Shown here: positions 29,497 to 40,762 of the stretch, in pieces
Layout of the letters: every line of letters begins with the position of its first letter
Position numbering within the stretch: the stretch's first letter is position 1
From: Parasitella parasitica NRRL 2501
Lineage: Eukaryota > Fungi > Mucoromycota
Assembly (NCBI GenBank): GCA_025201805.1
Contig: MU619243.1
Coordinates: 331,436-395,435 of the forward strand
DNA length: 64,000 nt
Reading direction: 5' to 3'
Translations under genes and position numbers: made by a program
Notes under the pieces: model-generated
Databases searched by the model: none
The model's input: the letters and a program-made list of their open reading frames with translations, nothing else
What the model was told of the DNA's origin: nothing

Positions 29497-29834
29497 GCGT
29501 TGGAAGAAATAATAACAATGGTAGTGAAAGAGAAAGAAAAGGAGGGCAGAAAAGAAAAAGAAAAAAAAAAAAAAAACCAACCAGAAAGAAAATGAAATTC
29601 GGATCTTATTGCATTTTCCGTCATGTAAAATGCAGATGTCTACATTATATGTGTAATTAAAAATCTATTTTGGGCAGCTTTAGTAAACATCCTTAAAATG
29701 GCAAATTCCAAGAAATCGAATAATGAAATATGCTGTGCCTGACTGCATAGATTCATTGTCCCTGAAGAAATATTGAAAAACTTTATTGTTCTGTTTGTCC
29801 TTGTCCACTACTGGCCGATCCCCCAATGTCCAAG

Positions 29835-31033
29835 TTATTTTATTGCCAACAGTGGTACTTGTTCCTCAATGTCCGCCCCAATCTCAATTTGCATTGAAGG
29901 AGGGCTATGCTGTCGTAGCTTGACTTGGGCTTCTTTGAACACCTGGGCCGTCATTTGGTCCATCCCGTACGATCTATTGTAGACTACCTCTTTGATGCCC
30001 TGCTGGATGATTTTAATGGCACAACCCAAGCAGGGACAAGTGTTGCAATACAGCACAACACCGCTATCAAACACAAAACTGCCTCTGCCTGCTTCTAGCA
30101 GTGCGTTTTCTTCTGCGTGCATGCAGAGACATCTGTCAAGCCCCGTCCCGCATGAAGCGCCCTCGTTACAACGTCCACAGCCGCCCTCATTGCAGTTACG
30201 TAAGCCGCGCGGTGTGCCATTGTAGCCTGTAGCCATAACTCTAGAATCTTTCACTAGAATACACCCCACTCTGCGCTTCATACAGTTCGATCGCCTGGCT
30301 GCCAAGTCTGACAGCTGCATGAAATAGGTATCCCAGGTTGGTCGGAGGCGTTCCTTGTTGGTCATATCCAAGCGGTCTAAAGCTTCGTATAAAGCACATG
30401 TGTCCTTGTATGAGTTGGTAATAATCAAATCAGATGTAACCATAATGTTGTAGAGGGGCGTTGTAGTCTTCGCTTCTGACTGATCCTGATCCTCTGCTGA
30501 TATGTTGAACATGGCCTGATCGTCCTGCATCAAAAAATCGTTTAAATCTAGAGGGCCGGTGCCCATGGCTTCGCACCTAGCAACAAAGTAAGAACCCGCT
30601 TCGGTCAGATCGACACCCTCCCGATTGCTTACTTTGCTAGCCCACGCTGATATCTCATTGTCACAGGAGCCTCCACTGAAACCAGCAAAAAGAAGGGGCG
30701 TTTCCTTGAAGAGTAAAAAAAATAAATAAATACAAATATGGTCAATTCCACGTTTTAAAGTCTCTACTAGGACACAGATAACCATTACTTGAGTTTCCAA
30801 AGCTCCCTACTGTCGACGTTGCATGTAACAAAGTTTTCCTGCCAGCGCTCTGTCACATAGAGTTGCATGTCTTCAACGGTATCAAAATTTAAAGCACATT
30901 TGTACATGCTCTCTCTGCCAAAATCGTTTTTGGGCTCTCTCAAAGCCAAGTACTGGAATTTGTGCTGCTCTATCAAGTATTGAGCAATGGTATTTTTGCC
31001 ACTGTACTGTGGCCCTGCAATGCCAATAAACAT
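29835..31033 (-). CDS. DCD1: dCMP deaminase with N-terminal P-loop-like domain; two introns
   Basis: Motifs GPQYSGK, KRPFFLLVSVEAP, RLRPTWDTYFM, RSNCMKRRVG, HAEENALLEAG and CPCLGC. Confidence 0.93.
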
Positions 31034-31728
31034 CTATTGGAGCTGTTTGCCTATAATACAGAGAAAGAAAAAAAGAGACGCCTAAAAGGAAAATCTTTGC
31101 TTCCTAATATTTCAAAAATGCAATGAAAAAAACCTTGCATCAGTCACGAGCTGCCACTATGGTATTGCGATTGCGTATGGATTGTTAGACGATGGCAGCT
31201 TAAAAGACTCTTACAACTGGCTTGCTTATATGCAGTTCAATTTGACTTGTTGAACAATGCCAGTTGACAACGTTTTTGCCATGCTGTTGTTGTTGTTGAT
31301 TCGAAACTAGACGAGTGTATTTACTATCGTTGACAACCCTTTGCCCTGGTATGATTTCATTTTGGCTATTCAGGCCATTTATCATTCTGGTTCCCCAGAC
31401 TGCCCTTGTGTTTAACAAAATCTGCAATATACAAAATCGAAGCAGTTTTGTATCGTGTAGTGATCAAGTGTCAATTGAGACATTGCATCTATAAAGACAC
31501 TGTCGTCTTCCATCTGATTTATAATTATTGTACAATTACCGACATGACAACAGACACGGAACAGTCTGGATCCATGAATGTTGATTATTCATAGTTGCCG
31601 AGCCTAGCAAAGAACCAGTTTTATAATTGGAATTTATCTACTACTTGCGAGTACATTGGTAGTGTATAAAAAGTGCGACACATTTAGTTTGTTCTATTGT
31701 TTCTTTCGTTGCTACTCGGTCAAACAGA

Positions 31729-32778
31729 ATGGGAGTTGCTGGCACTTGGGGATTTTTACAAAGCAAAAATGTCAAAGCTATCAAGTCCAACGATGCTCAG
31801 CATAATTCAGGTGCTCATTTCCAAAAAACAATTCATATCGACTTGGTAGGCGCCTTCTATAGAAGCATCAGAAGATACTTTTTTAACACGCATGAACAAG
31901 ATGAGCGCAAAAAATTAAATGCAGCACATCGACTTTTGACCGAGATACGTGCTGTGGTCAACAAAAGAAACTGTATCCTGTATATTGACGGCAAGCCTAC
32001 GTATGAGCGTGATTTCGCTCATAGTAACCGCCTTGAAAACCTGCTGCAAATCCAAGAGAAATTGGAAAAGGAAATCGTCGAATACAACAAACTTCGTACA
32101 AAAGCAAGGCACAAGACAATCATGTTCTTGGCCAGACAACTTTTCCGAGTGGATCCTGATATTGAGAGCGCCATCCACAGAGCTGCTCAGCAAAGCGGCT
32201 GGCGTGTTGTCGTTGCTGAAGGTGAAGCAGAGGTTGAAATCGGGAGAATTGGTGGTGTTGTCCTCACTCAAGATTCAGACATGCTCTTTTACCCCAAGGT
32301 TGATACCGTCATTTGTCCATTTGATGGCGCCTATGTCTTTTACAACAAGTCGACAATACTGCCTGAACTTGACTTGAGCAATGAATTCTTTACGGTTATG
32401 GGCATAGTTGCAAAGAACGACTACGATCAAGACTTTTATGCTGAGAAAAAGAACGAAAACGATAGAGATTGGTACAAAAATTGCATGGCTGATATTCACA
32501 AGGAGCTAGTCGACATCAGAAAAGAGAGCTTCGTTGCTGGGAAATTGACTGGAAGCAGTTTGATTAAAGCCATTCTCAAGGCTTATGTATCATGCATGAA
32601 TGCCAAAACCGGAAAAGATATTGGTGTTGATGCTTACGAAAACTCGTATAGCATCTTTGGTTTGCAGCAAGAGCAACCGCTGGTGGAATCATACGACTCT
32701 CGTTCTTTTGAACTTCATCGACCTGCATTTTATCTGGATATGATCCACAATTATTCTCGCTATGGTTACCACTTGTAG
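31729..32778 (+). CDS. Orphan PIN-superfamily (FEN1/XPG-like) 5' nuclease ORF, probably the intact 5' part of a longer decayed gene or mobile element
   Basis: XPG-N-like start MGVAGTWGFL, then IHIDL, LYIDG, AEGEAE and LTQDSD, followed by an H3TH-like GIVAKNDY. Confidence 0.7.
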   Translation: MGVAGTWGFLQSKNVKAIKSNDAQHNSGAHFQKTIHIDLVGAFYRSIRRYFFNTHEQDERKKLNAAHRLLTEIRAVVNKRNCILYIDGKPTYERDFAHSNRLENLLQIQEKLEKEIVEYNKLRTKARHKTIMFLARQLFRVDPDIESAIHRAAQQSGWRVVVAEGEAEVEIGRIGGVVLTQDSDMLFYPKVDTVICPFDGAYVFYNKSTILPELDLSNEFFTVMGIVAKNDYDQDFYAEKKNENDRDWYKNCMADIHKELVDIRKESFVAGKLTGSSLIKAILKAYVSCMNAKTGKDIGVDAYENSYSIFGLQQEQPLVESYDSRSFELHRPAFYLDMIHNYSRYGYHL

Positions 32779-34150
32779 TTTGCCATATTTCCGACTGTAA
32801 TCAAATATTATATCATACAGCAAGCATTTTGATTGATGGGCAGTAAAACATCTGCAAAGATAAACAAAGTAAGTACACTTGTAGCAAGCAATGCTTGTAA
32901 AATCACTGCCAAAGACTCACGCAATTCGCAAACCAAATAGACATTGCATATGCACAAGCAAGCTTTTTTTTTTTTTTTTTCTTTTTTTTTTGTAATTAAA
33001 AGTATGCTTTTGTTGGTTCTCGTAGCCTTCAACTACCACGATACTAACAGGATCAACCTCGTGAAGGTCAAAGCATATCTGATCCTATAAGGCTGAAGGA
33101 TTTATCTGGATCCCAATAAACCCAACAACCCCTCTTTCATAAACCAAGACGACCATCAGGCGTCAACTTAGTAGGTTCGAGTGATAACGCGAAGCCCCAA
33201 GTAATATTGAGAGTTATGTCTTTTAAAGCCATTAGGCAGAGGCAGTTAAAAGACAAACAATATTTGACAAAACTAGTTGACCAGGTTTATCAAGCTGCAG
33301 AGAGCCCGTCAAAACATAGCTACAAATGAGCTGCTTCAAGCAGTGTTGATTAAAGCAGGCGCCCACATAATACTGCTCTAATACAACACACCATCAAGAG
33401 GCACTAGCAGTTATCTGCCGACTAACCTATTTACACATGTCCTAGTATACAAGAACACAAATGTAAAACGCTAGCATGTAATGAAACCTAAAGTAAGGCT
33501 TACAAATCTACCCTCATTTAAACTGAAGAGAATGAACTCGCACAGTATAGTGGCAATGGTGTACTGCACCGGAAGCCGAAAGAGGATTGAATATAGAAGA
33601 GCCAAAAGAAAATGCACAAGAAGAGCAGAAATGCTCACTATAAAACTGCGCTTGCTGCGGCCATCTTTGGTGACGTCTACGAATCTAGACACGCATAGAA
33701 GAGATACAGAGTGTTTCACGCGACTGGTCGCACAGCAGGCTCACTGAGTACATTTACCCATTGGAGAGAAGAAACATCAAATGGTCGTTGACCATGAAAT
33801 ACGGTAGTATAATATTTAGGCTTGCTGCTCCAAGTAAACCATTTTCACTGAAAGGAAAGCATAGAGCGATAGAGAGTGTCAAAGAGAGAAGGTAATACTC
33901 TCATTTGAGAATCAAATCAAAAGGTACTTGTCGTTTGAATTACCAAATTGCCATACCCAGTCTAAGCGCACAAAATAATGATGAGAGAAATGCCACGGAA
34001 ACAAGATTGGAAGTGTCGCTATGTGTTACATGTATAGAGTAATGCATGGTATCTTCTAGTATATGTGCCATTTGCACAAGATCCGCTATCATAGCATTCA
34101 GGCTAAGAACAAGTGAGTAGTGGACTATAAATTGTATGTGCTGTGAACAA
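32779..34150 (+). pseudogene. Putative decayed continuation of the PIN-like gene
   Basis: Apparent broken donor ctatg (for gtatg) at 32760 and acceptor atacag at 32820, followed by a frame with TGA/TAA stops. Downstream sequence has coding-like composition but no long ORF. Confidence 0.35.
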
Positions 34151-34879
34151 CATTCGATTATCATGGATTTATCACATAATCTACCAGTTTAATGTTGATA
34201 CTTTGATATGATCTGTCTTGTTGGTTTGACATTGACTTTATCGGTTCGGAATTGTTCCATCACTACACAGAGCATGGGAATTGATTTGATTTTCATGATT
34301 AAAGACGCATAAACAAAAAATGTATCTATATATGATAATAGACCTTGCGCTTGCTGTAAATAAACTATTATTTATATGTAAAGCACAAAATTGTAATTTT
34401 AAAAGCATTGATTGTTGTGTTAAAGAGGTTCCAAATGTCAAGGTACTCTTGAGGTTGTACCAATGATCTAACTGTGAACGGATATCACCTGCTAATGTCG
34501 GGCGCGATGGCTCGTAGGTTCTGTATGAATGGACCATTATTTTCGTTACTGAACTTGGGTTTGTGGTTGAGTTTTGTTCAGTTATTGAGCTATCTTTCGT
34601 CGTACTATTTTGGGTACCTGCCGGTTTATCACACTTTACTTCCGTCCCATTCCACGTTTAAGCATGAAATGCAGCCCTGTTTGCTGCTGGATTGAGTTTA
34701 TACAGTGTAAAAACTACAAAGTATCATCCGATGCTAATATTATATTGTATGGCTGTTTGACTTCTGAACCCACCCATTTCTTTTGATGAGAGTCTCTGGC
34801 TACAGGATGAAGAGCTGTCTACTACTTCACTGTCATGTTGGGATACTGGATGGGCCACTTTAGTTTGTGGGCTTTTTGT

Positions 34880-35100
34880 ACTCCCCCTCTTCCAGGTGCT
34901 CTATTCAGAAATTTATATTTGATGAAATATAAAATTGGGTCTTTTGCTCATCCGTATAGAGGTCTCAAGTCTTTCCAGTTCAATACTTAATTCAAATATC
35001 AACTGGTTGATAAAGCCATTGCTCCCAAATAGTAAAAATTTCTGTTCTGAATAGGGTCATCATCTTCATTGTAAAAACTATCAAATCCGTCTTTTGCGAA
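34880..35100 (-). mobile_element. Possible highly decayed Tc1/IS630-like transposase N-terminal remnant
   Basis: Interrupted translation ...DDDP/LFRTEIFTIWEQWLYQP...LYTDEQKTQFY resembles, from memory only, the N-termini of Mucorales Tc1-like proteins. Confidence 0.2.
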
Positions 35101-35684
35101 AAATCCAAGACGCATTAACTTCTATGTTTGTGATTAAATGAGAGAAATGAGACTTGGTAATGTAATTTGATATGTTGCTGTTGCTTAAATTGCAATGTAG
35201 AACTGGGAGGCACTGTAGCATTCGGATAAAAGTATATCTAGAACATGGAATCTTAATGGTCGCGGCGATCTGAAATTTGTTTGTATATCGCGCTACCCCC
35301 TTTTGATCTCATATTTTCCATATTAATAATGCATTCTAAATCATTAGTCATTTGTTTTTATGCAGCACAGCATTAGCCTTTTATCAATTTTACGCAGCAG
35401 CAGAAAAACAAAAAGCATATACTTGCGATTTTTTTTAATTTCTCCATTTTAAAAATCTGAGCATCTTATTGTGTCTTTTCCCCCTCCCCCTCAAATCAAG
35501 ATAAATCAAATGTTTCAGTAAAGAAAAGAATCCTGGGGTCGTACCTAGCTGTGAATTCGTTTATCATATTTTAAAAAGAACAAAGAAGGAGAGTCTTTGT
35601 GAAGAATGGTGGTAGTAATATTCAATAAGCGAGTTGTACAAGGAGAGGGACACAATGAATCTTACCCGACGTGTTAGACATGAA

Positions 35685-35773
35685 TCGCGTAGAAGTTCCT
35701 ACAAACAACGCGCTCAAAAAATTTGTTATTCGTCGTTGTATAGTCACGTAAATGAACGACAAAAAGTATAAAA
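35685..35773 (+). promoter_or_regulatory. MCB-like CGCG elements and a TATA-like box upstream of RNR2
   Basis: TCGCGT at 35685 (reverse complement ACGCGA), ACGCG at 35708 and TATAAAA at ~35768. RNR genes are typical MBF/E2F targets. Confidence 0.35.
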
Positions 35774-35847
35774 CGAGCACATGGATGCCCAATGTTTCCT
35801 GCTTCTACATTTCTTTTTCATTCATACAACTAGTCCTTTTAACAATC

Positions 35848-36968
35848 ATGTCTGCTACCATCGAACCTACCGCTCAATTGGCCAAACTATCTTTGAATGA
35901 CACTGAAATCAAAAAGCTAAATGATGCTGCTCAAGGTGAAGAGGTTGAAGAGATCCTCAGGGATAACACCAGACGTTTCTGTCTGTTCCCCATCAAATAT
36001 CACGAGGTAAGTTGTTTAAGACAGCGTAATGATGCATCATCTAACCTGTCCTGATTTATCAGATCTGGCAATTCTACAAGAAGGCTGAAGCTTCCTTCTG
36101 GACCGCAGAAGAGATTGACTTGTCCAAGGATCAACATGACTGGGAAACCAAGATGAATGAAAACGAGAGATACTTTATTTCTCGTGTATTGGCTTTCTTT
36201 GCTAGTGCGGATGGTGTTGTAAACGAAAATCTGGTTCAGAACTTCTGCGATGAAGTCAAGATCCCTGAAGCCAAGTGTTTCTATGGTTTCCAAATCGCCA
36301 TTGAGAATATCCATGCCGAGACATACAGTCTTTTGATCGACACTTACATCAAGGACAGTGCTGAAAAGGAAATGCTCTTTGATGCCATTGAAACCATCCC
36401 CTGCATCAAGAGAAAGGCTGACTGGGCCTTCAAGTGGATCTCTGGAAATGACTCTTTTGCTGAGAGATTAGTCGCCTTTGCTGCCGTCGAGGGCATCTTC
36501 TTTTCTGGTTCATTTGCCTCCATTTTCTGGCTCAAGAAGCGTGGCCTCATGCCCGGCTTGACATTCTCTAACGAGCTGATCTCTCGTGATGAGGGTCTTC
36601 ATACCGACTTTGCCTGTCTCTTGTTCACTCATCTCAAGAAGACCCCCTCCCAAGAGCGTGTAAAGAGCATCCTTGTTGAGGCTGTTGAGATTGAGCAGGA
36701 ATTCTTGACTGACGCTCTACCTGTTAATCTCATTGGCATGAACGCCAAGCTCATGTGCCAATACATTGAATTCGTTGCCGACAGACTCATGGTCGCTCTT
36801 GGTTTCGATAAAATTTACAATGCCTCCAACCCCTTTGACTTTATGGATATGATTTCGCTCCAAGGAAAGACCAACTTCTTTGAGAAGCGTGTCTCCGATT
36901 ACCAACGCGCTGGCGTAATGAACAAGACACCCGTTGAAAAGACTTTCACTCTGGATGCCGATTTCTAA
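35848..36968 (+). CDS. RNR2: Ribonucleotide reductase small subunit; one intron
   Basis: Motifs [60 protein letters not shown] and C-terminal FTLDADF. Confidence 0.97.
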
Positions 36969-37277
36969 CCTGACTTATATCACCCTTATTATAACTATTA
37001 CTTTTTTTTTTTTTCTTTTATTTCACAAATGATCCCTTACTGTAAATATATTTCCATTAAATGACAAAGATCACTCCCTCCTCTTACTTTTTTCTTTTTT
37101 TTTCTTTTTTTTTTTTTTTTCAAAAGAAATAAAACTATCATAATATAAACTGATATCGCAAATTTGACTAAAAGTACGACAAGAAATAACATGGTTGCAT
37201 AACGATGGAAATGCACTCTAAACCATTGACATGTTGTAATAGCTGTTGTTTTTTTTATTTTATTTATTTATAAATGT

Positions 37278-39929
37278 TTATGCACTTTTACTCATCTCCT
37301 TGAAATATTCATGAAGCTTCTTTTGATTATCAAACTCTTTTTGAAGCTTCTTCTTTCTACTCTTGGTAATCTCTTCGCCATCCTTGGTATGAGTAGGGAA
37401 TCCGGATTCATCGAACTTTGAAAACTCCTCTGAGCTCTTGAACATATCAGATGGCGCAACTCTGCCCTTTTCAAGCTTCTCCAAGTGCTTGCGCTCACGT
37501 TCAGCAGCGGCCGCAGCCTTCTTGGCTTCCTTTTCCGCTGCAATGGCCAGCTTCTTTTCCCGGGCTTGAATCAATTCTTCCCGAGGAACAAGCTTAACAA
37601 GTGCTACGCCGTCCTCTTGATCATCTAATGATACACTGAGGTCAATCATTTGGTTATCGCGAAGAGAATCACACATCGTCAAGAATTCAGTGTGTTCAAC
37701 CTTGCTAAGAGCACCATTTCTAACTTGATCTCTGAAAGTAGAAAGGGCTTGTAAATAGGGCATCAAAATATCTTCAGTCTATTCAATATTTCAGTTAGCA
37801 CACAAGATCTGTTGTTACATTCCGTACACTTACATTGCCAGCTTCTTGGCCAGCAGCAGCAGCACCCAAGCCAATTTCAGCACCATTATCAGCAACGCCA
37901 AAAACCTTCAGCATAGAAGTAACCCATTTGGCAACCTTGCTTAAAATATGGACATTCACACCCTTGGTATCAACTTTCATGTATTTGTTTGCACCAGAAA
38001 TCAAATCCACGATTTCATCCATCGCAGCAGATGTATTGATAGAGTCACAGAGAGCAGCGTGCACAGCATCTTGCTTCTCTTGTAACAATTCCAGCAACTT
38101 TTGCTCCAGTTCTCTGAAGCGATGTGTAATGGCACCACCAGACAACTCAGTAGCGCCACGACTGCCGTCGCTCTGAATCTTGTAAATCATGGCTTTAGTG
38201 TTATCGAAGAAATTCTTGATGAATTGCTCCAATTGAATAGTTTCCTGCATGCTAGATTTTTTAAAATCCATCTTGGCGTCCCATTGATGCAACAAGAAAA
38301 AGATACGCAGCTGGCGAGCTGTGTAAGTCTTGAGAGCCTCGCTGATGGTGATAAAGTTCTTTAAGCTCTTGGACATCTTTTGGCCTTCAACGTGGAGGTG
38401 ACCAGCATGCAAGAAATAATTGACCCATTGCTCGCAGTTGTAGTGAGCTTCTGATTGAGCCAGTTCATTGTCATGATGAGGGAAGGCCAAGTCAACACCG
38501 CCAGAGTGAATGTCCATATTCTGACCAAGAACAGCACTGGCCATGACAGAACACTCGATATGCCACCCAGGACGACCTTGAGACCAAGGAGAATTCCACA
38601 CAGGCTCTCCAGGCTTGGACGTTTTCCACAACGCAAAGTCGTTGGGACTCTTTTTGCCTTGGAGTTGGCTGCCCAAAGAACCCTCGCCATCCTCGATTAG
38701 GGCGGTATCGCCCTTGGACCAAGGCTCAAGCTTAGCATAGTGATGACCAGCATGGCCATCATAACGAGAAGTGTCGAAATAGACGGAGCCGGCAGCAACA
38801 TACGCATATCCATTGTCTATGATTTTCTGAACATAGTCGATAATCTCGGGAATGTATTCGCTGACGCGGGTTTGGACATCTGGAGCACGGACATTCAACG
38901 CTTCCATATCCTTGAAATATTCTTGTTCCCAGAAGGCCGGGAGTTCGCGGAAAACCTTGGGGTCAATGACCTCCTGTCCTTTCTAATTGCAATAGTTGAT
39001 ACCATACCACAGCCAAAAAAAAACAACAACAACATATCCACACTTACTCTGGAATCTAACCAAGAAGAGATGATATCTTGGGAAGCAACTAAAAGTGCAT
39101 CAGAAGCCTCTTTTCCCTTTACGCCCTTTTGCAAGTCTGCCTTGGCTGTTTGGATGGCAACATAAGACGTATCCTGGTCGAGCATCATCAGTCATCCATT
39201 TCCCTCCCTCGCTTCCTCTGCTTTAGTACTTACCAAAGCACTGTAAATCATTTTGAATTTTTCATCTAAAACAAGAGCCTTGGCAATCTCCTCAGGGGTC
39301 ATTTTTTCAGTGAAATCTTTCCAGTTGGACGTAGCCGAGCTGACCAGAGAGGCGTCCAATTTCTTAAGCTTGGCATTAGCAAACTCCAGCCAAGCCTCCT
39401 CTGTTTGCTGAATGATATGCTGGTCTAGCCGAGTCGTCTCCTTTTTCAGATTCTCAAAAAGGTATTGTTGACGTGCACGCAGAATAATCTTGTCGTCGAT
39501 ATCAGTGATATTCTGAACAAACAAGACATCGTAATTGAAATAGTCTTCCAGCACACGACGGATAATATCCATACTCAGGTAAGTTCTGGCGTGGCCCATA
39601 TGAGAAGCGTCGTAGACAGTGGGTCCACAGTTGTACCAAGTGACACGTCTACCAGCTTTGGGGATGAAATCAGTCTAGCGACAAACCGTCAACACATCAT
39701 CCCGCATCTATACCAAATGTGCACGACGACCCGTACTAACCTTTGTCTTTGTAAGTGAGTTTTGGAACTTTAGGACAGGCGTTTCTTTGGCAGAAGGTGC
39801 CAGCCATTTGGGTTGCTGTCTGGACATTGTGTGGATCGATCGTCGGGTTGGAAACTTGTTAAAGTGTGCTTTTCTGGATAGGTGAACTGAAGGACGGAAT
39901 AGAACTGTTACAAAGGGCAAAATACGCAT
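37278..39929 (-). CDS. CRS1: Cysteinyl-tRNA synthetase; multi-exon; second in-frame ATG at 39827
   Basis: Motifs [43 protein letters not shown] and KMSKS. Confidence 0.95.
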
Positions 39930-39985
39930 GCAACCAACTTTTTTTTTCAAACCAAAAAAAGAAAAAACTGACTCACTTCTTTTGA

Positions 39986-40045
<60 letters not shown>

Positions 40046-40762
40046 CTGAAAGAAGAAGAAATTTCAGTCGTGTATTTCAAGTGATTGTGGGTATATATGG
40101 CCTATTACTAGTGGCTTAGGACATTATGGCATTCAATGCAATGATGAGTCAATTGTGTCGATCAAGGATGAATCGTATAACAACAACATAAACTTACGGA
40201 GGCCGCAGTAAAATTCAGATGACCCGTGTTTAAGGCTATCATGACAAAACTGTGTCTAGTAGCAGCCATCTTCACTTTCTTTTAGAGAATGCATGCAAAA
40301 CTTGTAAATGATTATGCCTATTTTTCATTGTTCCGGAGACCCTGACAAGTTGGACATACAGCTGCTAATTTCAGCACTGAGAGTCGGGTCCACTTGTAAA
40401 TAGCTTTTATATATTATGAATATTAATACACGCTGTGTTTGGATCGTACATGCCCTATCATATAAAGCAGGCTCGTCGTATTATGGGCGAGCTATTATTA
40501 GGCGCATGTTGATGCTTGTATGATATAATTACATACAAAATCATACGTCTCGTAATGCAATGGCACGACAAGTTTCTGAATCGAAATAGTACATTTTTTT
40601 TTATTTTTTTACTGGATTGGAAAATGGATACCTCTTCAAGAATATGTATATAGTTTTAGCAAAGAGACGATGGAAATAACATGTGAAAAAAAAGGGGGGG
40701 GGGATGGAGCGAAGAAGAATCTAGAAAATGAAATAGCAATATTGGGTGGTGGACATTTTTGT

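Noticed and set aside
29835-36968. dCMP deaminase, 5' nuclease and RNR small subunit as an integrated large DNA virus segment
   Set aside because: DCD1 and RNR2 have spliceosomal introns and ordinary fungal sequences, and no capsid, polymerase or packaging genes are present.
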